From Myxococcota bacterium (GTDB lineage Bacteria; Myxococcota; XYA12-FULL-58-9; JALHOP01), in the NCBI GenBank assembly GCA_041288095.1, contig JBGGMJ010000103.1, forward strand, positions 1-39,877: a stretch of DNA of 39,877 nt. Reading direction: 5' to 3'. Below, piece by piece: positions 1 through 9,848 of the stretch (its first letter is position 1; every line of letters starts with the position of its first letter). Both the position numbers and the translations under genes were made by a program. The notes below the pieces were generated by a model, which saw nothing but the letters and a program-made list of their open reading frames with translations, had not been told where the DNA came from and searched no databases.

Positions 1-1123
1 CCACCGAGATCGGCTTGAGCACGCCGTCGATGAACGTTTTGGCGCGGCTGCGCATCGCTGGCGGCAACGGCAAATAGAGGAGCTGCAAGGTACTGTCGTT
101 GACGGTGTAGCGAAGCGAGTTCTCGGCGCCCTTGGTGAAGACCACCATCGCGAGGGCCGGCAAGAGCGGCACGAGGCCGACGCCGATGGAGCCGGCCAGC
201 AACGTCGTGGGGAGGATGGCGAGCGCCACCAGCAAGCCGCCGCGCTCGAGGATGCGTGACACGAAGAAGAGCTGTACGACGCCGGCGAAGACACCGGTCC
301 AGGCGTAGAAGCCACCGAGGTAAGCGCTGCGCGCGTCCTTCGAGGTGATGCTGTCGCCGACGATGGCCTGGAACTGGTAGTCCACGATTGTGGACACGAG
401 ATAGGTGACCACGACGACCATGGCGAGTAGCCGGACGTGCTGCGACGACAGCAAGCGCTGTTGCAGCACCGGCGCGTTGCTCTTCTTGCGACCGCGCGCG
501 GCCTCGAGCTCGCGCGACGCATCGCGCCCGAGCATGGTCACCATCGCGAACGCGATCAGGAAACAGCCGCAGATCAAGAACAGAAGGTTCTCGGTGCCCA
601 GCTGCTTCGCGACCCAATTGACCGCCACGCCAATGACCACGTTCGCCAGGACGCCGCCGGCGCCGATGACCGCGAAGAGGCGCTTGGCCTCGCGCGCGTG
701 GAAAAGCTCGCCCGCGAGCTGCCAGAACTGGATGACGGCGAAGGTGCCGTAGATCTCGACCCAGAAGTAGAAGCCCCAGGCCGCGACCGAATGGTTCACG
801 GAAAGGGCGAAGCGGAAGGCGATGGTCACGACGGTGAGCAGGGCGAGCGTGACCGCGTTCGTTCGATCACGGCGCAGGATACGCTCGACACGCTGATAGA
901 CGGTGACCGCGAGCGAGACCGTTATGGCGGTGCCGATGTAGGCGAACGGAAGGAGCTGCTTGAACTCGGGGATCTCGAGGAAGAAGACGGTGCGCGCGAC
1001 GCGGCCGACGATGAAGGCGCCGATGGCGGCGAAAAGATAGACGAATGCGAGGCCGGTCCGACGCGCTTCGTTCGGCCTCACCTTGAAGATGTCGAGGATT
1101 AGGGCAGCGACCTGGGCGCGCAT
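1..1123 (-). CDS. NTP/NDP translocase-like (TLC/Npt-type, MFS-like) membrane protein, N-terminal part; runs off the left edge
   Basis: Not in the ORF track; read manually. ATG at 1123 with AGGA upstream gives MRAQVAALILDIFKVRPNEARRTGLAFVYLFAAIGAFIVGRVARTVFFL..., many hydrophobic helices, and the family-like motifs FWQLAGELF...AKRLFAVIGAGG and IVDYQF. Confidence 0.75.
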   Translation of the reverse strand, partial: MRAQVAALILDIFKVRPNEARRTGLAFVYLFAAIGAFIVGRVARTVFFLEIPEFKQLLPFAYIGTAITVSLAVTVYQRVERILRRDRTNAVTLALLTVVTIAFRFALSVNHSVAAWGFYFWVEIYGTFAVIQFWQLAGELFHAREAKRLFAVIGAGGVLANVVIGVAVNWVAKQLGTENLLFLICGCFLIAFAMVTMLGRDASRELEAARGRKKSNAPVLQQRLLSSQHVRLLAMVVVVTYLVSTIVDYQFQAIVGDSITSKDARSAYLGGFYAWTGVFAGVVQLFFVSRILERGGLLVALAILPTTLLAGSIGVGLVPLLPALAMVVFTKGAENSLRYTVNDSTLQLLYLPLPPAMRSRAKTFIDGVLKPISV

Positions 1124-1134
1124 CGTCTGTCCTA

Positions 1135-2385
1135 CTAGCAGGTCGCGCCGGCTACGGCGAGCGCCGCACGCTGCCCACTTTCGAGAGCTCCGTGCACGGT
1201 CCCGGAGTGCTCGGGATGCGTTGCTTCCCCCGCGAAAAATATCGTTTTTTGGACATCGCGGGTGAGCGTCGTCGGAGCCTTCGCGTGACCCACCTTTACG
1301 TAGGCGTAGGCGCCGCCGGAGCAAGGGTCGCCTTGCCAGTCATGGCAGGCACTCACGGTGAGGTGGCGCTCCAGATCGGCGCGCGAGCGTCCGCCGATCT
1401 TCGCCAGAGAAGACAGTGCTTCGCGCACGGCGTGGTGCGCATCGAGGTCATCGACGCGCGAGCCTCCAGCCCAGGCGGTGAGGCGCAGCGGGTCGGCTGG
1501 GTCGGTCCAGAACGTAGGCCAGCGCTCGTCCGGCGCGAACATCATGCCGAAGGGCTTGGCCGGGTCGGCAAACGGAAAGCTCTCCCAGACCGGCTCGGAG
1601 AAGCGCAGCACGACCTTGAGGACGGGGCCCATGACGAACGCGCGCAGGGCTTCTTCGATTGGGCGAGGAAGAGCCGGCTCGAAGGGAAGCTCGACGAGCA
1701 GAGGCGGCGGCATCGTGAGGATGATGCGGCGCCCTTCGAAGGCCTTGTCGCCGTCGACCTGGACGCGCACGTCGTCGCGCTTCCATGCGATGCCGCTGAC
1801 GCGATGCCGCAGCTTGATGCTGCCCTCGGGGATGTCCCGGGCGAGGGCATTGACGACGCTGTCGTAGCCGGCGACGACATGCTCGATGTGATCTTGTTGG
1901 ATGCGCTCACCGGCCTCTTCCTGCGCGGCGATCCACTTGGCGCTCACATCCTTCGCGCGCGCGGCGTAGAAGCCCTCGACGTAGCCGAGCGCCACGCGTC
2001 GAGCCTCCGCCGGCAGGGTCTTCGTGTGGGCGGTGATGCTCGCATCGCGCTTCGGTGCCGCGCCGAGTCTCTCGGTCGCGGTTTCCCAGGAGGCGTCGGC
2101 CTCGACCTGGCGGCCGGCGCGGACGGTGATGCGGGGACGGTTCAGCGGCAGTGTGCGAAGGCCGCGAGCGCGCAGGAGACGCCACAACGCCGGATCGAGT
2201 CCGTGCACGAACTCGGGTCCCAGCTCGAGCGGGGTTGGCCACGCGGGATCGTGCCGGGTGCACACACGTCCGCCAATACGGTCACGCGCCTCGAGGACGA
2301 GAACGTCGATGCCGCGCTTTGCAAGCTCGGACGCGGCCGTGAGCCCCGCGACCCCGGCGCCGACGATGATGACCTCGGCCGACAT
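1135..2385 (-). CDS. Flavin-containing amine oxidase family FAD-dependent oxidoreductase
   Basis: N-terminal [13 protein letters not shown] (GxGxxG), [10 protein letters not shown], and C-terminal FFAGEAT...[14 protein letters not shown]. Confidence 0.9.
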   Translation of the reverse strand: MSAEVIIVGAGVAGLTAASELAKRGIDVLVLEARDRIGGRVCTRHDPAWPTPLELGPEFVHGLDPALWRLLRARGLRTLPLNRPRITVRAGRQVEADASWETATERLGAAPKRDASITAHTKTLPAEARRVALGYVEGFYAARAKDVSAKWIAAQEEAGERIQQDHIEHVVAGYDSVVNALARDIPEGSIKLRHRVSGIAWKRDDVRVQVDGDKAFEGRRIILTMPPPLLVELPFEPALPRPIEEALRAFVMGPVLKVVLRFSEPVWESFPFADPAKPFGMMFAPDERWPTFWTDPADPLRLTAWAGGSRVDDLDAHHAVREALSSLAKIGGRSRADLERHLTVSACHDWQGDPCSGGAYAYVKVGHAKAPTTLTRDVQKTIFFAGEATHPEHSGTVHGALESGQRAALAVAGATC

Positions 2386-2436
2386 CTGGCTCGAAGCGTT
2401 GCCAGAACGCCGAACGAAACGCTATGCCCGTGGGCG

Positions 2437-3213
2437 ATGTTCATCGACTCGCACTGCCACCTGGAGCGCCACACCTTCGGCGATCAACTCGACGCCGTCA
2501 TCGAGCGTGCCTTCGCGGCCGAGCTGTCGCACATGGTGGCCGTCGGCGCCTCGCGTGTCGCCGAGGGAGCGAGCGAGGCGATCGCCCTGGCGGAGCGTCT
2601 CCCGAAGATCTACGCCACGGCGGGCATCCATCCCCACGACGCAGCCAAGGCAACGGACGCCGACGTGTCCGCGATCGCGGCCGCCGCGCGCCATGTCAAG
2701 GTCGTGAGCGTCGGTGAGATCGGTCTCGATTACTACTACGACTTCGCGCCCAAGGACGTGCAGGGGAGCGTCTTCGCGCGTCAGATCGCCATCGCCCACG
2801 ACGTCGACAAGCCGATCATGCTGCATGTGCGCGACGCTCACGAAGACGCCTGGAAGATCCTCGACGAGGCCGGCGTTCCCAAGGCCGGCGGCATCGTTCA
2901 CTGCTTCACCGCGGGCCCGCGCGAGGCCGACGAGTACTTGAAGCGTGGCATGCACCTTTCGATCCCCGGTGTCGTCACCTTCCCCAAGAGTGTCGAGCTG
3001 CAAGAGGCGGTGAAGATGATTCCGCTCGAGCGGATGCTCGTCGAGACCGACACGCCTTACCTCGCGCCGGTGCCGTTTCGCGGCAAGCGTAACGAGCCCG
3101 CCTACGTCGTGCACACGGCATCCAAGATCGCCGAGCTCCGTGGCAGCACCCAGCAAGCCATCGGTGAGGCAACACGTCGGAATGCACTCGCGATTTTCCG
3201 CATCGTTGCGTAG
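2437..3213 (+). CDS. tatD: TatD family metal-dependent nuclease/hydrolase
   Basis: MFIDSHCHL, GIHPH, VGEIGLDY, LHVR, VHCFT, LVETDTPYLAP, RNEP. True start placed at ATG 2437, not the ORF-track start 1192. Confidence 0.93.
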   Translation: MFIDSHCHLERHTFGDQLDAVIERAFAAELSHMVAVGASRVAEGASEAIALAERLPKIYATAGIHPHDAAKATDADVSAIAAAARHVKVVSVGEIGLDYYYDFAPKDVQGSVFARQIAIAHDVDKPIMLHVRDAHEDAWKILDEAGVPKAGGIVHCFTAGPREADEYLKRGMHLSIPGVVTFPKSVELQEAVKMIPLERMLVETDTPYLAPVPFRGKRNEPAYVVHTASKIAELRGSTQQAIGEATRRNALAIFRIVA

Positions 3214-3322
3214 TCGCATGGCTACGTATGGCAAGACGTCCTGGGGACCTGGCTCCACAGGACGACGCGGCCGCGCCCAATGAAATCGCTGACTTTGCCC
3301 GCGTCAGCGCATGTGGGCGATT

Positions 3323-3338
3323 CGGCACGATGTGTGCT
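3323..3338 (+). promoter_or_regulatory. Putative sigma54 -24/-12 promoter of the 3353-6581 operon
   Basis: CGGCACGATGTGTGCT = GG-N10-GC, close to consensus TGGCACGnnnnTTGC, 14 nt before the ATG. Confidence 0.55.
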
Positions 3339-3352
3339 TCTCGAGAGGGACC

Positions 3353-3904
3353 ATGCGCCGCGCTGCCCTCTTCATCACCGCCCTCACCGCCGCCTGCCAC
3401 GGCGCCATCGGTGACGCTCCGGACTCGCCGCTCGTGCCCGAGAGCGAGCGGGATCCCTCGCTCGACATCAACGTGCCGGCCTACACGCAGCCGGCGGTGC
3501 AGGTGCGCCTGTTGCCGTTCAGCATCCGCCTCGCGAAGGTCTCGGCGGTCGTGGGTAAGCCGACCACCGACGCCATGTTCGGCGAGCTCCTGCGGCGCCG
3601 CTATCAGCTCGGTGACTACGATTTCGCCAACGGGATCGTCGCCGACAACCAGTGGTCGGCCTCGCGCATGAGCAACTGGGTGGATAGCTTGAAGCCGGTG
3701 TGCGCTTCAGCGGACATTTCGCAGCGGTACCCCGATCTCGCGGGCCGAGATCTCGACGCGTTTTACAAAGCGGCCACCGGCCGCACGCTCACCCAGGACG
3801 AGCTCGCTGTTTTCGGTGAGGCTCTCGCGGGGCTCACCGGCGAGGAGCGTGACACGACGACCTGTCTCGCCGTGTTCGCGTCGCTGGAGTTCGTCGCCCA
3901 ATGA
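3353..3904 (+). CDS. Lipoprotein resembling the N-terminal (DUF1587/DUF1595-like) half of DUF1592-type proteins
   Basis: GAGGGA RBS; MRRAALFITALTAAC lipobox; GRTLTQDEL...AVFASLEFV matches RRPLTEDEL...ALLVSPEFL in 26828-28399; ATGA overlap with the next gene. Confidence 0.7.
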   Translation: MRRAALFITALTAACHGAIGDAPDSPLVPESERDPSLDINVPAYTQPAVQVRLLPFSIRLAKVSAVVGKPTTDAMFGELLRRRYQLGDYDFANGIVADNQWSASRMSNWVDSLKPVCASADISQRYPDLAGRDLDAFYKAATGRTLTQDELAVFGEALAGLTGEERDTTTCLAVFASLEFVAQ

Positions 3905-5049
3905 AGCGCCTCATCCTCGGCATAGCGCTCCTCACCGCCTGTCAGGAGATGGAGAAGCTCCCACCGATGGAGGGGCCGGTGCCCGCCCCGAAGCAGCCCC
4001 CACAGGTCTTCCAGCTCACCGCGCCCGAGGCAACAACGTATCTCACGCGCCTCGCGCCCATGCTCGCCGGACGCGTGCTGAACGACGAAGAGACGGGCCG
4101 CATCGCCCAGGAGCCGACGACCGCCGTTCGGGCCATCGTCGATGCTTGGACCAAGGCGCCGTACTTCAAGCGCGCGGCGCGAGATCTGATCTCGCAGAAG
4201 CTGCTGGTGAGCGGCGAGAGCGGCGGCATCGACTTCGACCTTCCGGGCAACCTCGCGGAGTACATCGTCGCCAACAACTTGCCGTACGCGGCCCTCCTCA
4301 CGGCCGACTACTGCGTCGACGGCACCGGCAACAAGCGCGCTTGCGACACCGGCGCGCCGTTCGCCGCGGGCGTGCTCGGAACCCGCGCCTATCTCGCGAG
4401 CCGCGCCGGCCGCTTCAACCTGACCCGCAGCAGCACCATGATGCTCGCCTTCGCGTGCAGCCGTTATCCGATGGACGTCGAGATGCAGCCGCGCGTCGAG
4501 CGCGAGCAGCTCATCAACATGTTCCAGGCTGAGTCGCTCGCCGAGCAAACCGAGCAACGCGCTACGTCTGGGTTCGGTAACGGCGAGCAGTGCTACACCT
4601 GCCACGGGCAGTTCGCGGCGCACGCCCAGGTCTTCGTGCGCTTCGACGAGACCGGTGCCTACCAGGCCAATGCCTCCGGCCTGCAAGACACCGGATCCGG
4701 CGCCGAGCTCGGCAGGTCCGTCGACGGCCTCTACGCCTCGCACTTCCACGACGCTGGCCAGGCCGCGAGCGAGCGCTCGCAGATGATGGGCACGGACGTC
4801 GCGAATCTCGCGGACGCCGCCAAGGTGTTGGCGCAGAGCTCTCAGTTCTTGGCCTGCGGCGCCCGTAATCTCGTCGAGTATGTTTTAGCGGTCGACGGCA
4901 GCACCCGGGTCGACGAGAATACCTTGTACGCCATCGCGGATGCCGCGCGCGCGGTCGCCGCGGAGCCGACCCTCGCGACCATCGCCGTCGAGACATTCTC
5001 GAGCTCGCGCATCGTTCGCTCCATCGTTCCCAAGGAGGCGACACCATGA
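3901..5049 (+). CDS. Monoheme c-type cytochrome lipoprotein (DUF1592/DUF1588/DUF1585-like half)
   Basis: MKRLILGIALLTAC lipobox; one CYTCH heme motif; C-terminal KVLAQSSQFLACGARNLVEYVL is DUF1585-like; ATGA overlaps on both sides. Confidence 0.72.
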   Translation: MKRLILGIALLTACQEMEKLPPMEGPVPAPKQPPQVFQLTAPEATTYLTRLAPMLAGRVLNDEETGRIAQEPTTAVRAIVDAWTKAPYFKRAARDLISQKLLVSGESGGIDFDLPGNLAEYIVANNLPYAALLTADYCVDGTGNKRACDTGAPFAAGVLGTRAYLASRAGRFNLTRSSTMMLAFACSRYPMDVEMQPRVEREQLINMFQAESLAEQTEQRATSGFGNGEQCYTCHGQFAAHAQVFVRFDETGAYQANASGLQDTGSGAELGRSVDGLYASHFHDAGQAASERSQMMGTDVANLADAAKVLAQSSQFLACGARNLVEYVLAVDGSTRVDENTLYAIADAARAVAAEPTLATIAVETFSSSRIVRSIVPKEATP

Positions 5050-6581
5050 ACTTCCACGAGCTGAAGGGCCTGAGCAGGCTCGACCGCCGGCGCCTACTCA
5101 AGATCCTCGGCGCCACGGCCGCGTTGCCGGTGGCGACCCGTCTTGCCGCGAGCGACATCCTGATGGGCAAGGCGCACGCGCAGTCCGCGCAGGAGCCGAT
5201 GTACTTCATCGAGATCAACCTGCGGGATCAGTGGGATCACGGTCACGTTTTCGTGGCGCCGTCGCTGGCGCGCAACGTCAACCTGCGGCGCGGCGCGACC
5301 GGCCTCATGGCCGCCATCTACGCCTCGCAAGCGGAGATGAAGCAGGTCTCCGGCACCGAGGTTTTTCTCACCAACGACTCGCTGCCGCTCGAGCCGCATG
5401 TCGACACCATCGCCATGATCGATTGTTGCGAGGTCGGGGCCGGCGCCATTCACGGCCACGAAGCGGCAAACCCGCTGCGCTCGCCGGGCCGTACCTATCA
5501 ATCGAACAAGCCCGGCTACCTGCCGATGTTCAACAACGAGCGCGGCTCGAATCATCCCCAGGGTTGCGAGGCCTATTACTCGGCCACGCCCACGGTGGCC
5601 GCGTTGCACAGCCACTACTCCAAGGTCGTCGACCAGAACACCAAGGTCGGCATCGCCTTCAAGGGCGTCGGGCGCACGCTGCACACCGTCTACCACTACG
5701 GCGCGGGTCTGCCGAACGGCGAAGTCGATCGACTCCGCAGCCGCGAAGAGCTCTTCGATCACTTCCCGGACACCGTCGAGGACTTGAACATCCTCCCCAA
5801 GCCGGAGGACGCGCGCGCCCTCACCAATATCTTGCGGCGCATCGACCCGACGTTTCTCGCCAAACGCAAGATCGCCGATAGCGGCGGGGTGCAGCACCAG
5901 GCCAACGTCGACGAAGCGCAGCGCCTGCTCTACACCAGCGCGCCCCGCGTCATCAGCCTGCCGCTCACCGCGGAGGAGACCGCCTACTGGAGCGCCGACG
6001 TTCCCAACCAAGTCACCGAGTCACCACGAGCACAGATCTGGGAGCAAATTGCATGGGCCTTCAAGCTGGTGTCGAACGACCTCTGCCGCACGGTCGCTAT
6101 CGAGTTCGATTACATCGACGTGCACGATCAACGGCAAGAATCGCAGGTCCGCACCCAGGCGAAGCAGATCTCGCTCCCGCTCGCGCGCCTGATCACCAAG
6201 CTGAAGGAAGCGGGGATCTACGACCGCACCGTCATAGCGGTTTATACCGCCGACGGCAGCCGCGCTCCCTCCGCCAACTCAAGCGGCGATCAGGGCAAGA
6301 ACACCATCATCCTCGCGGGTGGCATGGTACGCGGGGGCTACTACGGCGATATCTCGGTCGCCGCTAACGAGGGCGACGGTCACGTCTACGGCTATCACAT
6401 GCCCGATCTGACGACCGGCGTGCGGGTCGGGACACCCGCCGTCGGCTTCGACAACGGCGGTCGCGCTCCGGCGAGCGCCGTATGGCGTACGGTGACGCGA
6501 GCGCTCAAGATCCCGGATAGCTACTTGCAATTCCCGGACGTCAAAGACGCGCGACCCTTGCCGTTCATGCTGAGGGCATGA
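5046..6581 (+). CDS. Tat-exported DUF1501-like protein
   Basis: LDRRRLLK...AHA twin-arginine leader; FIEINLRDQWD, IDVHD, LKEAGIYDRTVIAV and IILAGGMVRGGYYG follow the DUF1501 motif layout; AAGGAGG RBS. Confidence 0.72.
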   Translation: MNFHELKGLSRLDRRRLLKILGATAALPVATRLAASDILMGKAHAQSAQEPMYFIEINLRDQWDHGHVFVAPSLARNVNLRRGATGLMAAIYASQAEMKQVSGTEVFLTNDSLPLEPHVDTIAMIDCCEVGAGAIHGHEAANPLRSPGRTYQSNKPGYLPMFNNERGSNHPQGCEAYYSATPTVAALHSHYSKVVDQNTKVGIAFKGVGRTLHTVYHYGAGLPNGEVDRLRSREELFDHFPDTVEDLNILPKPEDARALTNILRRIDPTFLAKRKIADSGGVQHQANVDEAQRLLYTSAPRVISLPLTAEETAYWSADVPNQVTESPRAQIWEQIAWAFKLVSNDLCRTVAIEFDYIDVHDQRQESQVRTQAKQISLPLARLITKLKEAGIYDRTVIAVYTADGSRAPSANSSGDQGKNTIILAGGMVRGGYYGDISVAANEGDGHVYGYHMPDLTTGVRVGTPAVGFDNGGRAPASAVWRTVTRALKIPDSYLQFPDVKDARPLPFMLRA

Positions 6582-6623
6582 CCGGGAACGGTGGTCTTCT
6601 TCGCGGCGCCCTAGTCCGCTCCG

Positions 6624-6653
6624 TTGACAACTCGCGATCCAGATTGCTAGGAG
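6624..6653 (+). promoter_or_regulatory. Putative sigma70 promoter of the rimP-nusA-infB operon
   Basis: Perfect TTGACA at 6624-6629, 18-nt spacer, extended -10-like TGcTAGGAG (the -10 is weak). Confidence 0.5.
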
Positions 6654-6707
6654 GCGCGTGACATTTGGTTGCTGTCCCTAGGCCTTCCACGGCCGGATAG
6701 CTCGGCT

Positions 6708-6740
6708 AGATGGGCTCTTAGGGGGCCCATTTGCGTTTTT
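6708..6740 (+). terminator. rimP-leader hairpin with U-rich tail (attenuator-type terminator)
   Basis: AGATGGGCTC-ttagg-GGGCCCATTT stem followed by GCGTTTTT, 10 nt before the rimP ATG. A GC-rich terminator at this position upstream of rimP is widespread in bacteria. Confidence 0.7.
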
Positions 6741-6750
6741 AGGGGTTACG

Positions 6751-7242
6751 ATGAGCGACAGTCTCGTGCAAGCGATCGAACGGGCGATTTTGCCTGTCCT
6801 TGCGCGCGATGGCTACGAGCTCGTCCTCACCGAGTACTCCTCGAAGGCCAAGGTCCTCAGGCTGTACATCGACAAAGAGGCGGGCGCGGAAGTGAACGCC
6901 GATGCCCCTAGCGGTATCTCGCTCGAGGATTGTCAGCGGGTGTCGCGGCTGGTCAGTGACGTCATGGACGCCGAAGGGATCTCCGACGGCATCGATGGGC
7001 GCTTCACGCTCGAAGTTTCGTCACCCGGTCTCGATCGACCGCTGGTGAAGCCGAAAGATTTCCAACGCTTCGTGGGTCGGCAAGTGCAGCTTTCGACCCG
7101 CGAGATGCTCGAGGGGCGCCGCAAGTTTTCTGGGGCGCTCACCGCGGCGGACGAAGGCGCGATCAAGCTCGATGTCGACGGTAAGCCATGGACCATTGCT
7201 TACGACGTCATCGAACGGGCGCGGCTCGTTCCCGAGTTCTGA
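6751..7242 (+). CDS. rimP: Ribosome maturation factor RimP
   Basis: LRLYIDK, ISLEDCQRVSR, FTLEVSSPGLDRPL, FQRFVG; directly upstream of nusA. Confidence 0.96.
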   Translation: MSDSLVQAIERAILPVLARDGYELVLTEYSSKAKVLRLYIDKEAGAEVNADAPSGISLEDCQRVSRLVSDVMDAEGISDGIDGRFTLEVSSPGLDRPLVKPKDFQRFVGRQVQLSTREMLEGRRKFSGALTAADEGAIKLDVDGKPWTIAYDVIERARLVPEF

Positions 7243-7302
7243 AAAAAGAAAGCGTCCGCACCAAAAAAAGCGGCACGCAGCAAACACAAAGGAAGAAGTG
7301 AC

Positions 7303-9033
<1,731 letters not shown>

Positions 9034-9101
9034 GGAACAAGTCGGATGTGCGCCGGGCGGGCTCGATTCGCGAGCCCGTTCGGCAACCTCCGTTCGAGTC
9101 G

Positions 9102-9848
9102 ATGAAGAAAAACGACAGATCCCATGGCCGCCGCGATGAACGCGCGAGCGGCAAAGACGGCGGGCGTGCCGCCAGTCCGGCTGGCTTTGCGCATCGCGGG
9201 CAGCGCCCCGATCCGCTAGCGGCCAAGCGCGCCGAGCAGAAGGCCGCGATCGAGCACGAGCCGCAGCGCACCTGCATCATCACCAAGAAACAGCTCCCAC
9301 CAGCCGAGCTCTTGCGTCTCGCATGGGCTGAGGGCCAGCTCATCCCCGGTCCCAAGGGCGGGGGCCGCGGCGCCTATATCAAGGTCGCCCGCGAGGTCTT
9401 CGCGCAGCTCGACGCCAAGGTCCTGAGTCGCGCCTTCCGCGAACAGGTACGGGACTTCGACCGCGCGCAATTTCTGAACGATCTCCACAAGATGGCCGAG
9501 CGCCGAGTCCTCGAGGCGGTTGGCCTCGCGCGCCGCACCGGCATCTTGGTGACGGGCACTGACAACGTGCCCGCGAATGCACATGATGGCGTGCTGCTTC
9601 TTGCTGACGACTTGGCGGCACGGTCGAGCGGAAAGTTTGGCGCGCCCCCTTTCGTCAGCGGCGCAGCACTCGGGCAGGCCGCGGGCATGGGATATGTCGG
9701 CGCGGCGCTGATTCCAGGGAAAACGCATCACATCACGAACGAGGCTGCCTATTGGCTCGCAGTATGGTACGAGTCCGACCCCCGAGGGCCGGGCCGTTCG
9801 CGCGAACAGACAGGCACAGAGGGGCAGAACGAGGCATCGCATGAGTAA
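9102..9848 (+). CDS. ylxR: YlxR (DUF448) - L7Ae/YlxQ-like fusion RNA-binding protein
   Basis: PQRTCIITK...ELLRL and GRGAYI (YlxR), then VGLARRTG...LLADD...LGQAAG (L7Ae-like); lies between nusA and infB. Start uncertain (9048 or 9102). Confidence 0.8.
   Translation: MKKNDRSHGRRDERASGKDGGRAASPAGFAHRGQRPDPLAAKRAEQKAAIEHEPQRTCIITKKQLPPAELLRLAWAEGQLIPGPKGGGRGAYIKVAREVFAQLDAKVLSRAFREQVRDFDRAQFLNDLHKMAERRVLEAVGLARRTGILVTGTDNVPANAHDGVLLLADDLAARSSGKFGAPPFVSGAALGQAAGMGYVGAALIPGKTHHITNEAAYWLAVWYESDPRGPGRSREQTGTEGQNEASHE

Noticed and set aside
405..1102. Plus-strand ORFs 405-752 and 437-1102
   Set aside because: Antisense to the translocase-like gene; no recognisable motifs.
1192..2436. Apparent 415-aa N-terminal extension of TatD (ORF 1192-3213)
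   Set aside because: It is the antisense shadow of the amine oxidase gene; TatD homology begins at MFIDSHCH (2437).
2420..2439. CGCTA(T/C)GCC just upstream of the SD-less tatD and ylxP starts as a leaderless -10 element
   Set aside because: Only two instances, the conserved final T of TAnnnT is missing and no -35 is evident; too weak to call.
3901..3904. Frameshifted pseudogene explanation for the two adjacent lipoprotein genes
   Set aside because: The second gene has its own complete signal peptide and lipobox and a canonical ATGA overlap, which indicates two real genes.
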